Source of the DNA: an uncultured Chloroflexia bacterium
Lineage (GTDB): Bacteria > Chloroflexota > Limnocylindria > Limnocylindrales > CSP1-4
DNA: 64,000 nt
Direction of reading: 5' to 3'
NCBI GenBank assembly: GCA_963728745.1
Contig: CAVSKY010000001.1
Location: 329,972-393,971 of the forward strand
Shown here: positions 18,838-27,424 of the stretch, one piece after another
How the letters are laid out: every line of letters starts with the position of its first letter
How positions within the stretch are numbered: the first letter of the stretch is position 1
Notes under the pieces: generated by a model
Databases searched by the model: none
What the model was told of the DNA's origin: nothing
The model's input: the letters and a program-made list of their open reading frames with translations, nothing else
Program-made: the position numbers and the translations under genes

Positions 18838-20511
18838 ATGCCCCCTATCAACCCAGACACGCCGCTCCGCATCATCCCGCTCGGCGGGGTGGGGGAGATC
18901 GGCAAGAACATGTACGTGTTCGAGTACGGCGACGACATCGTCGTGATCGACTGCGGGCTCATGTTCCCCGACGAGGAGATGTTCGGCATCGACCTCGTCA
19001 TCCCCGACGTCACCTACCTCAAGGAGAACCGCGACAAGGTCCGCGCGTTCCTGATCACCCACGCCCACGAGGACCACGTCGGCGCGCTGCCGTACGTGCT
19101 GCCGGAGTTCCCCGGCGTGCCGGTCTACGCCAGCACGCTGGCGCGTGGCCTGCTGGGCAACAAGATCAAGGAGCACAAGCTCCATAACAACCCGGTGCTC
19201 GCGCTCGAGCCGGGCGACGAGATCGATGTCGGACCATTCCACGTCATCCCGTTCCGTGTCGGCCATTCCATCCCGGACGCGATGGGGATCGCGCTGCGGA
19301 CACCGGTCGGGACCATCGTGCACACCGGCGACTTCAAGTTCGACCACACCCCGGTCGACGGCAAGCTGTCGGACTTCGCCATCCTCGCGCGGATGGGAGC
19401 CGAGGGCGTCATCTGCCTGCTCTCGGACTCCACGCGGGCAGAGAACCCGGGCTACACGCCGTCGGAGCGGACCGTTGGCGAAGCCTTCCGCGAGATCATG
19501 GAGCCCCTCGACGGCCGTGTGATCGTGGCCACCTTCGCCAGCAACATCGCCCGCATCCAGCAGGTCCTCGACGCTGCGGCCGACATGAAGCGCAGCGTGG
19601 CCGTCATCGGCCGGTCGATGGAGCAGAACTTCCGGATCGCCACCGAGCTCGGGTATCTGACCTACGAGCCATCAGCGATCATCTCGAAGGACCGCATCAA
19701 GGACCACGCCGACGGCCAGCTGGTGATCGCCACGACCGGCGCCCAGGGCGAGCCGATGGCGGGTCTTGCACGCATGGCAAATCGCGACCACCGCTTCGTC
19801 GAGATCCAGCCGGGTGACACCGTGATCGTGAGCGCTAGCCCGATCCCGGGCAACGAGGAGTACGTATCCCGGACCATCGACAACCTGTTCAAGGCCGGTG
19901 CGAACGTGTTCTACCACACGATCAAGCGCGCACACGTGTCGGGGCACGCCAGTCAGGAGGAGCTCAAGCTGATGCTCGGCCTGACGAAGCCGAAGTACTT
20001 CATCCCGATCCACGGCGAGTTCCGGATGCAGGTCCAGCACGGCCGGCTCGCGACCGAGACCGGCGTGGACCCGGCGAACGTCTTCATCATCGAGAACGGC
20101 ACACCGATCGAGTTGTTCGCCGATGGCTCGGCCCGTCGCGGCAGCCCGGTCACGGCGGGCTACGTCTTCGTCGATGGACTGTCGGTCGGCGACGTCGGCG
20201 AGGTCGTGCTGCGCGACCGGCGATCGCTCGCGAACGACGGGATCTTCATGATCGTGGTGACCGTCGACAAGCAGACCGGCTCGGTCATCGGTCGGCCGGA
20301 GATCGTGACGCGCGGGTTCGTCCACATGAATGAGCAGGACCCGCGCCTCGACGAGGCGGTCGAGCGCGTCATCGCCGCGATCGACACACCGGGTGATCAC
20401 ATCAGTGAGATCGGCCTGCTCAAGAGCCAGATCAAGGACAGCCTCTCGACGTTCCTCTACGAACAGACCAAGCGCCGGCCGATGGTCTTCCCGGTCGTGG
20501 TCGAGGTCTGA
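18838..20511 (+). CDS. rnj: Ribonuclease J (metallo-beta-lactamase / beta-CASP)
   Basis: RIIPLGGVGEIGKNMYVFEY...LITHAHEDHVGALPYVL...HVSGHASQEEL. Confidence 0.92.
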   Translation: MPPINPDTPLRIIPLGGVGEIGKNMYVFEYGDDIVVIDCGLMFPDEEMFGIDLVIPDVTYLKENRDKVRAFLITHAHEDHVGALPYVLPEFPGVPVYASTLARGLLGNKIKEHKLHNNPVLALEPGDEIDVGPFHVIPFRVGHSIPDAMGIALRTPVGTIVHTGDFKFDHTPVDGKLSDFAILARMGAEGVICLLSDSTRAENPGYTPSERTVGEAFREIMEPLDGRVIVATFASNIARIQQVLDAAADMKRSVAVIGRSMEQNFRIATELGYLTYEPSAIISKDRIKDHADGQLVIATTGAQGEPMAGLARMANRDHRFVEIQPGDTVIVSASPIPGNEEYVSRTIDNLFKAGANVFYHTIKRAHVSGHASQEELKLMLGLTKPKYFIPIHGEFRMQVQHGRLATETGVDPANVFIIENGTPIELFADGSARRGSPVTAGYVFVDGLSVGDVGEVVLRDRRSLANDGIFMIVVTVDKQTGSVIGRPEIVTRGFVHMNEQDPRLDEAVERVIAAIDTPGDHISEIGLLKSQIKDSLSTFLYEQTKRRPMVFPVVVEV

Positions 20512-20513
20512 GC

Positions 20514-22910
20514 GTGGCCAAGCCCCGTCGCTCCACCAGAGCCCGGCCGGGCCCGAGCCCGCGTCGGCGCATCTCGCGCGACCTCGCGCGGATCTTCACG
20601 CCCGAGGTCGTCCGCTCGATCGTCGGCACGGCGATGATGGCACTCGGCGCGATCACGTTGATCGCGCTGATCCTCCCCGGCCAGGGCGCCCTGACCGACT
20701 GGTGGCGCGACTCGATCGCCCCGTGGTTCGAGACCGGACGCTGGCTGCTGCCGTTCCTGCTGCTCGGCGGTGGCTGGTACGTGGCCGGCGGTCCCGGCCG
20801 GCAGCCAGGCTCCGGCTGGGGGATGACGATCGCCGGCCTGGCGATCGCCTACGTCGCCAGCCTGGGAGCCTTCGAGGTCCTCAAGATCGAGCTGTTCGAC
20901 TTCGAGCGTGGTGGCGGTCGGATCGGGCGGTTCCTCGCCGGGACGCTCGAACCGCTCCTCACCGGCCCCGGCACGTTCGTGCTCCTCGGCGCGATCGCCG
21001 GCCTGGGCCTGATGCTCGCGTTCAATCTCCAGCTGCGGGAGCTGGTGGCACCGATGACCGGGGCGGCCCGCTGGGTCGGCTCGACGACGGCCGACTCCAT
21101 GCGTCGCGTCAACGACGCCCGACCGGTCAAGCCCGCGGCGTCCGCGGCGAACGGCCGGCGAGCCCCAGCGGCGAAGCCTCCGGTCCCCGTGCCCGTCGCG
21201 ACTGGCGACGAGCTGGCGGCCGCGCGGAGCATCCTCGATGAGCCCGCTCCGCGGCTGAACCAGCCCCCGGTCAGCCAGACTGTCTGGACAGGCCCGTTGG
21301 ACGGTGGCACGACCGGTGCCCCGGTGCGTCTATCCAATGGCAACGGCTCGACACGCGTCGCGACCGCGCTGGCCACCGAGCGGCCGACTGCGCAGGAATC
21401 GCTCAACGCCATCGACTGGGTGCTGCCCGGCATCGACCTCCTCGAGCCACGCGCGGCGGGACGTGTCGGCGCCGGCGTCGATCACGAAGCGAACAAGCGG
21501 CGCATCGAAGAGAAGCTGCTCAGCTTCTCGATCCCGGCCAAGGTGGTCGCAGTCAACTCGGGCCCTGTCGTGACCCAGTACGAGGTCCGCCCCGAGCACC
21601 ACGTGAAGGTGTCGCGCATCGAGGCCCTCGCGGATGACCTGGCGATGGCCCTGGCGGCCCGCTCGATCCGGATCGAGGCGCCGATCCCGGGCAAGGACGT
21701 GGTCGGCATCGAGATCCCGAACTCCGTCAGCGAGGTGGTCGGCTTCAAGCCGCTCGTCGACGAGAGCGTGATGCTGGGCTCGACCAGCCCGCTCACGTTC
21801 GCGCTCGGGCGCGACGTGTCGGGCAAGGCGTACGCGGTCGATCTGGCCAAGATGCCGCACCTGCTCATCGCGGGTGCCACGGGGTCGGGCAAGAGCGTGT
21901 GCGTCAACGCGCTCATCACCAGCCTGCTCATGCGGGCGAGGCCGGACGAGGTCCGCCTCATCCTGGTCGATCTCAAACGCGTCGAGCTGGCGCCGTACAA
22001 CGGCCTGCCGCACCTGCTCCAGCACGTCATCGTCGAGCCCGGTGAGGCCAAGGCCGTGCTGAACTGGGCCGTGCGCGAGATGGAGGACCGCTACAAGCTG
22101 CTGGCAGCGCACGGGGTCCGCAACATCGCGGGCTTCAACGCGCGAGCCGACGTGGACGGGAACGGTGACGGCGAGCCGGGCGGGGAGCGCATGCCCTACA
22201 TCGTGCTGATCATCGACGAGCTCGCCGACCTGATCATGCGCGAAGGCCGCAAGGTCGAGGACCCGGTCGTCAAGATCGCCCAGAAGGCGCGCGCAGTGGG
22301 CATCCATCTGGTCCTCGCGACCCAACGCCCATCTGTCAACGTCGTGACCGGCCTGATCAAGGCCAACGTCCCGTCCCGGATCGCCTTCGCGATGGCCTCC
22401 AATGTCGACTCGCGGACCGTGCTGGACGCCCAGGGTGCCGAGGACCTCATCGGCCGCGGCGACATGCTCTATCAGCCGGTCGACCTACCGCGTCCGGTGC
22501 GCATGCAGGGTGTCTTCGTGAGCGACCGTGAGGTCGGCGCAGTGACACAGCACTGGCTCGAACAGACCGGCGACCGGACGTTCTACGACGAGGGCATCCT
22601 CGCCTTCGCCGATCCGGAGGACGGGGGAGGGGCCGAAGGCGGCCAGTTCGCCTGGCTACGCAAGCTCGGCGTCGACGAGATGACGGTCCCAGCCGCGGAG
22701 CTCGTGCACAGCTCACAGCGTGCCAGCACGTCGATGCTGCAGACGAAGCTCAAGCTCGGGTTCGCACGCGCCAGCCGGGTCATGGACGAGCTGGAGCGCT
22801 ACGGCATCATCGGCCCGCAGGATCCGCGCAACCCGGCCACGCCACGGCACATCTACGGACCGGACAACTGGTTCCGTTCGCAGGACGACATCGATGACCC
22901 GGGCGACTGA
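20514..22910 (+). CDS. ftsK: DNA translocase FtsK/SpoIIIE
   Basis: N-terminal TM segments, motor domain PHLLIAGATGSGKSVCVNALITSLL, C-terminal gamma wHTH. Confidence 0.92.
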   Translation: MAKPRRSTRARPGPSPRRRISRDLARIFTPEVVRSIVGTAMMALGAITLIALILPGQGALTDWWRDSIAPWFETGRWLLPFLLLGGGWYVAGGPGRQPGSGWGMTIAGLAIAYVASLGAFEVLKIELFDFERGGGRIGRFLAGTLEPLLTGPGTFVLLGAIAGLGLMLAFNLQLRELVAPMTGAARWVGSTTADSMRRVNDARPVKPAASAANGRRAPAAKPPVPVPVATGDELAAARSILDEPAPRLNQPPVSQTVWTGPLDGGTTGAPVRLSNGNGSTRVATALATERPTAQESLNAIDWVLPGIDLLEPRAAGRVGAGVDHEANKRRIEEKLLSFSIPAKVVAVNSGPVVTQYEVRPEHHVKVSRIEALADDLAMALAARSIRIEAPIPGKDVVGIEIPNSVSEVVGFKPLVDESVMLGSTSPLTFALGRDVSGKAYAVDLAKMPHLLIAGATGSGKSVCVNALITSLLMRARPDEVRLILVDLKRVELAPYNGLPHLLQHVIVEPGEAKAVLNWAVREMEDRYKLLAAHGVRNIAGFNARADVDGNGDGEPGGERMPYIVLIIDELADLIMREGRKVEDPVVKIAQKARAVGIHLVLATQRPSVNVVTGLIKANVPSRIAFAMASNVDSRTVLDAQGAEDLIGRGDMLYQPVDLPRPVRMQGVFVSDREVGAVTQHWLEQTGDRTFYDEGILAFADPEDGGGAEGGQFAWLRKLGVDEMTVPAAELVHSSQRASTSMLQTKLKLGFARASRVMDELERYGIIGPQDPRNPATPRHIYGPDNWFRSQDDIDDPGD

Positions 22911-23042
22911 CGCGAGTAGGGAATCCTACCGACGGGGCCCAGCCGAGGGCCTGCGGTATCCTGTCGCGACAGCGGTCGAACGGGCGGCGCGGGAGCCCGC
23001 CGATCGTGGGGGACGCGAGCGCGAGCAGGACGGGACGGCCTA

Positions 23043-24395
23043 GTGACGACGAGGGATCAGGTCCGACGGGCAGTCGGCACCGAGCGCGAGACCCGGGTTC
23101 CCGCCAGCGAGAGCGCACCCGGCCTGCCCGAGCGCCTGCTCGCTGCCCGCGAACGTAAGGGCGTCGATCTCTATCGGGCCGAGCGGGACACCAAGATCCG
23201 GGCGCGCTATCTCGCGGCGCTCGAACGCGGCGACTATCGCGAGCTGCCCGGCGCTGTCTACACGAAGGGCTTCCTGCGCAATTACGCGCTGTACCTGGGC
23301 CTCGATCCCGACGAGGTACTCCTGCAGTGGCGCCGCGAACGGGGCACCCCGATGGAGCCCCAGGCCGTCATCGCCGTCCCGCGCCCGATCGCCGCGCCGC
23401 GCCGTGGCCTGACGTTCTCACCGAGCCTGATCGTCTTCGCGTTGCTCGTCTCGCTCGTCGTCATCTTCATGGTCTGGCTGGGGTTCCAGCTGCTCCGGTT
23501 CTCGAAACCGCCGACCATCGCCGTCACCGACCCGGCCGTCGCCGTCCTGGAGGTCGAAGAGGACACGACGTCCTATCTGCTCGAGGGCACCACGATCCCG
23601 GGCGGTTCGGTGACCGTCAAGACGGCCGATATCGAGGCACGTGAGACGGCCGACTCCGCCGGGCGCTGGGCGCTCCAGGTCGATCTGCGGCGCGGTGAGA
23701 ACCTGTTCACGATCACGGCCACGGACCCCGCGACCGGCAAGGTCGCCGAGGCCTCGGTCGAGCGCGTCATCACCGTGCCGTTCCGCGTCGTCGAGGCGCC
23801 CACGCTGACCGTGGAGCAACCGGCCGACAGCGCGACGTACGAGAACGGCGCCATCCCCGTCCGTGGCAAGACGACGAACGCGGGCTCGGTCGTGGTGAGC
23901 GCCAAGTACACGGGACCCGCCTCGACCTCGAGCGGCGGCGCGACGCCCGCACCGCCCGCGGAGCCAAAGCCCGTCACCGTCGAGGTCGGTGAGGACGGCA
24001 TGTTCAACGCGCCGTTCGCGCTGACCGCCGGCAAGTGGGCGATCACGGTGACTGCATCCAGCCCCGAGGGCAAGACCACCTCGCTGACCCGCGCGGTCAC
24101 GGTCGCATTCAAGGGCGTCAACCTGGTCGTCTCGATCGAGGGTGGCCGCGCATGGCTGAAGGTCTGGGTCGACGGCAAGCTCGATGCCAAGACAGGCCCC
24201 GCCGGCAAGGTGCTCGGCAACGGCAAGAAGCTGACGTTCACCGGGAAGGAGACGATCGAGGTCCGCACCGGCTCGTCAGGTGTCACGAAGTTCACGTTGA
24301 ACGGCACCTCCCTCGGTGCGCTCGGTCGAAGCGGCATCCCGGAGACCTGGTTGTTCGCACCGCCGGACGAACCCGTGATGACCCAACGCCGCTGA
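23043..24395 (+). CDS. RodZ-like protein: XRE-type HTH, TM anchor, Ig-like repeats and DUF4115 C-terminal domain
   Basis: N-terminal LLAARERKGVDLYRAERDTKIRARYLAALERGDYRELPG, single TM helix, C-terminal AWLKVWVDGKL...TFTGK...IEVRTG block typical of the RodZ C-domain. Confidence 0.7.
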   Translation: MTTRDQVRRAVGTERETRVPASESAPGLPERLLAARERKGVDLYRAERDTKIRARYLAALERGDYRELPGAVYTKGFLRNYALYLGLDPDEVLLQWRRERGTPMEPQAVIAVPRPIAAPRRGLTFSPSLIVFALLVSLVVIFMVWLGFQLLRFSKPPTIAVTDPAVAVLEVEEDTTSYLLEGTTIPGGSVTVKTADIEARETADSAGRWALQVDLRRGENLFTITATDPATGKVAEASVERVITVPFRVVEAPTLTVEQPADSATYENGAIPVRGKTTNAGSVVVSAKYTGPASTSSGGATPAPPAEPKPVTVEVGEDGMFNAPFALTAGKWAITVTASSPEGKTTSLTRAVTVAFKGVNLVVSIEGGRAWLKVWVDGKLDAKTGPAGKVLGNGKKLTFTGKETIEVRTGSSGVTKFTLNGTSLGALGRSGIPETWLFAPPDEPVMTQRR

Positions 24396-24398
24396 CGG

Positions 24399-24908
24399 GT
24401 GCCAGCGTCTGACGAGGAGCTGCTGGAGCTGGCGCGTCGCGTCGGGGTCGTGTGTCGGGACCGGGGCATCCGGATCGGTACGGTTGAGTCATGCACCGGC
24501 GGTCTCGTCGCGCACCTCATCACCGAGGTGCCAGGGTCGAGCGACTACTTCACCGGCGGGTTCGTGACCTACAGCAACGACCTGAAGACCGGGCTCGTCG
24601 ACGTCCCGGGCGACGTGCTTGAAGCGCACGGCGCCGTGTCGGCCCAAGTCGCCCGAGCGATGGCCGACGGTGCGCGACGCCGGCTCGCGGTCGATCTGGC
24701 CGTAGCGGTGACCGGGGTCGCCGGCCCAGACGGCGGGACCGCCGCCAAGCCTGTCGGGCTTACGTACGTCGCCGTCGCCGACGCCGACGGGGATGACGTG
24801 CGCCGCCACGTCTGGGATAGCGATCGGACCGGCAACAAACGACTGAGCGCCGCGGCGGCGCTCGACCTGGTGCTGGCCAGGCTGACCGCTTCCGGCCCCA
24901 CGGCGTGA
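24399..24908 (+). CDS. CinA C-terminal domain protein (nicotinamide-nucleotide amidohydrolase PncC-like)
   Basis: IGTVESCTGGLVAHLITEVPGSSDYFTGGFVTYSNDLKTGLVDV matches the CinA_C family. Confidence 0.85.
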   Translation: MPASDEELLELARRVGVVCRDRGIRIGTVESCTGGLVAHLITEVPGSSDYFTGGFVTYSNDLKTGLVDVPGDVLEAHGAVSAQVARAMADGARRRLAVDLAVAVTGVAGPDGGTAAKPVGLTYVAVADADGDDVRRHVWDSDRTGNKRLSAAAALDLVLARLTASGPTA

Positions 24909-26416
24909 GTCGCGACGCCGCCGCGATCGGCGCCGGTCTCGACCCGGTCCGCGGTGCCCGCCCGATCCGCCGCGGCGAGCGCATCCATGTCGTGGGCGCC
25001 GCTGGCGCTGGCGCAAGCGGAGCGGCGCTGCTGGCCCACGCTGCCGGCGCGGTGATCACCGCGTGCGATAGCGGCGGACCGTCGCCCTACACGGCTGCGC
25101 TCGAGGAGCTGGGTGTCGCTGTCGCCAGCACGCATGACCCGAGTCACGTGACGACGGCACCGGCACCCGACCGCCTGGTGGTCACGAAGGCGCTCACAGC
25201 GGTCGACCCGGACAACGCCGAGCTACGCGCAGCTCGGGACGGCGGCGTCCCGGTCGAACCGTGGCAGCAGGTGATCGCCGACGCCGCCGCGGGACGGACG
25301 CTCGTTGCGGTCGCCGGGACCCATGGCAAGAGCACGACGGCCGGCTGGCTCGTCCATGTCCTCGTGCAGGCCGGTCTCGACCCGTCCGCGTTCGTGGGTG
25401 CGCTGCTGCCTTCCGGCCTCACCGGCGGCACGCCGGCGACTGCGCGCATCGGTCGCGGTGCGCCGTTCGTCGTGGAGGCCGACGAGTACGCCGGCAACTT
25501 CGATGCCTATCGACCGGCCATGGTGGTCCTGACGAGCGCGGAATGGGACCACCCCGACGTGTTCGCGGACGCTTCGGCGGTCGAGGCTGCCTTCCTGCAC
25601 TGGCTTGCGGCCATGCCCGCCGGTGGGACCGTCGTCGCCAACATCGGTGACCCCGGCGTCGCGGCGATCGTCAGCCGCCTCACCGATGGCCTGCTGTCCG
25701 TGCTGCCGGTCAGGATCAGCGAGGAGGGTGGCGCTGTCCCTCGGTCCCTGGTGGGTCGGATCCTCGCGGAGGAACCCGACGGGACGACGCTGGAGCTCTA
25801 CCCGCCGGGCGACACCGATGTGCCGCTCACGGTCCGCCTGCCGACCGCCGGACGCCACAACGCGGCGAACGCGCTCGGCGTCGCGGGGGCGGCGCTGTCG
25901 CTCGGTGTCGCACCGGCGTCGATCGCGCGTGGTCTCGAGACGTTCGCGGGCGTCGGTCGACGGCTCGAGCGCAAGGGCGAGGCCAACGACGTCGTGGTCT
26001 ACGACGATTACGGCCACCACCCCACCGCGATCCGGGCGACGATCGAAGCGGTCCGCCAGCGGGAGCCGGGCCGACGCGTGTGGGCGGTCTACGAGCCGCT
26101 GACGTACCATCGAACGGCCGCGCTGCTTCGTGAGTTCGCCGACGCGCTTGCCACGGCAGACGCAGTGGCGATCGCTGATATCTGGGCCGGCCGCGATCCG
26201 GATACGACGATCGCCTCGTCCAGCGGACTCGCGGCCGCCGTGGCCGAGCGTCGTACTGACATCCCGGTGGAGGCACCGGGCTCGGTCGAGGCGACGGCCG
26301 ACCGACTGGCCGACCAGGTCCGGCCGGGCGATGCTGTCCTCGTCATGGGCGGCGGCCGCAGCTACCTGATCGCGACGGGCCTGCTGCGACGATTGGAGGA
26401 GACGTCTCGACGATGA
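24905..26416 (+). CDS. Mur ligase family protein (MurC / Mpl-like UDP-N-acetylmuramate ligase)
   Basis: IHVVGAAGAGASGAALLA..., VAVAGTHGKSTTAGWL P-loop, DEYAGNF, C-terminal Mur ligase domain. Lies outside a dcw cluster, so an Mpl-like role is possible. Confidence 0.75.
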   Translation: MSRDAAAIGAGLDPVRGARPIRRGERIHVVGAAGAGASGAALLAHAAGAVITACDSGGPSPYTAALEELGVAVASTHDPSHVTTAPAPDRLVVTKALTAVDPDNAELRAARDGGVPVEPWQQVIADAAAGRTLVAVAGTHGKSTTAGWLVHVLVQAGLDPSAFVGALLPSGLTGGTPATARIGRGAPFVVEADEYAGNFDAYRPAMVVLTSAEWDHPDVFADASAVEAAFLHWLAAMPAGGTVVANIGDPGVAAIVSRLTDGLLSVLPVRISEEGGAVPRSLVGRILAEEPDGTTLELYPPGDTDVPLTVRLPTAGRHNAANALGVAGAALSLGVAPASIARGLETFAGVGRRLERKGEANDVVVYDDYGHHPTAIRATIEAVRQREPGRRVWAVYEPLTYHRTAALLREFADALATADAVAIADIWAGRDPDTTIASSSGLAAAVAERRTDIPVEAPGSVEATADRLADQVRPGDAVLVMGGGRSYLIATGLLRRLEETSRR

Positions 26417-26802
26417 ACCTGGACCACGCCGCCGGCGAGGACCTGCTCGAGCGCTATGGCCGTGCGTGGATGGCATTCGACGGCGATGCCTGGACCGACC
26501 TGTTCACGGAGGACGTCGAGTACCGGGAGGATCCATTCGAACCGGCGATCATCGGGCACAATGCGGTGCGCGCGTACCTGCTCGAGGAAGCCGAGCGGCA
26601 GCAGGACGTCGAGTTCACCGTCGAACGCCACTGGGTGGCTGACCCGACGGTGCTGGCCGTGTGGCACGCGAGCTATGTCCAGCGCAGCGATCTGGCGCGG
26701 GTGAGGCTGGCCGGCTTTCTCACGATCGAGGTCGCGGACGATGGGCGGATCGCTCGCTTCCGCGAGTGGTGGCACCGGCGCGAAACGCCGCGCGCTGGGT
26801 AG
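26413..26802 (+). CDS. SnoaL-like / NTF2-fold family protein
   Basis: 129-aa ORF with LERYGRAWMAFDGDAWTDLFTEDVEY pattern typical of SnoaL-like polyketide cyclase fold proteins. Confidence 0.55.
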   Translation: MNLDHAAGEDLLERYGRAWMAFDGDAWTDLFTEDVEYREDPFEPAIIGHNAVRAYLLEEAERQQDVEFTVERHWVADPTVLAVWHASYVQRSDLARVRLAGFLTIEVADDGRIARFREWWHRRETPRAG

Positions 26803-26816
26803 CAGGAGGAGGATGC

Positions 26817-27308
26817 ATGGCGGGTGATGTCTCGTTCGACGTCGTGAGCGACTTCGATGAACAGGAACTACGCAACGCGCTCGACCAGGTCCGCCGGGAG
26901 GTGGGCCAGCGCTACGACTTCAAGGGCGTCACGGTCGACCTGACCCAGACCAAGGATGAACTGGTCCTTGTGACCGACGACGAGCACCGGGCGGCGGCGG
27001 TCAAGGACCTCATCGAGTCCAAGGCGATCCGGCGGAACCTGTCGCTCAAGATCTTCGATTGGGGCAAGGTCGAGCCGGCGGGCGGCAACAAGGTGCGCCA
27101 GCAGATCAAGCTCCGGCGGGGCCTGACCGAGGACATCGCCAAGCGCATCACCAAACTCATCCGGGACGAGCACCCGAAGGTGAAGTCGCAGATCCAGGGC
27201 GACGCCGTGCGCGTATCGGGCAAGAGCAAGGACGAGCTCCAGCGGGTGATGACGCGGCTGCGTGAGCTCGACGAGCCGGTCCCGCTGCAGTTCCAGAACT
27301 ACCGCTAG
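26817..27308 (+). CDS. yajQ: YajQ family (UPF0234) nucleotide / c-di-GMP-binding protein
   Basis: SFDVVSDFDEQELRNALDQVRREVGQRYDFKGV...KIFDWGKVE matches YajQ. Confidence 0.85.
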   Translation: MAGDVSFDVVSDFDEQELRNALDQVRREVGQRYDFKGVTVDLTQTKDELVLVTDDEHRAAAVKDLIESKAIRRNLSLKIFDWGKVEPAGGNKVRQQIKLRRGLTEDIAKRITKLIRDEHPKVKSQIQGDAVRVSGKSKDELQRVMTRLRELDEPVPLQFQNYR

Positions 27309-27349
27309 GACGGGACGTGCTGCCTGGATCTCGGTTTGCGAGGGTCGTC

Positions 27350-27424
27350 ATGATCGCGGTGATCGTCATCATCGTGCTCGGCCTCGTGCTGTCGACGGTC
27401 GCGTACCCGCTCGCATTCGGATGA
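27350..27424 (+). CDS. Putative 24-codon hydrophobic Ile/Val/Leu-rich leader micro-ORF, translationally coupled to the downstream TPP enzyme
   Basis: MIAVIVIIVLGLVLSTVAYPLAFG. GAGGGT RBS 6 nt upstream, high GC3, stop TGA overlaps the ATG of the next gene (ATGA). Confidence 0.45.
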   Translation: MIAVIVIIVLGLVLSTVAYPLAFG

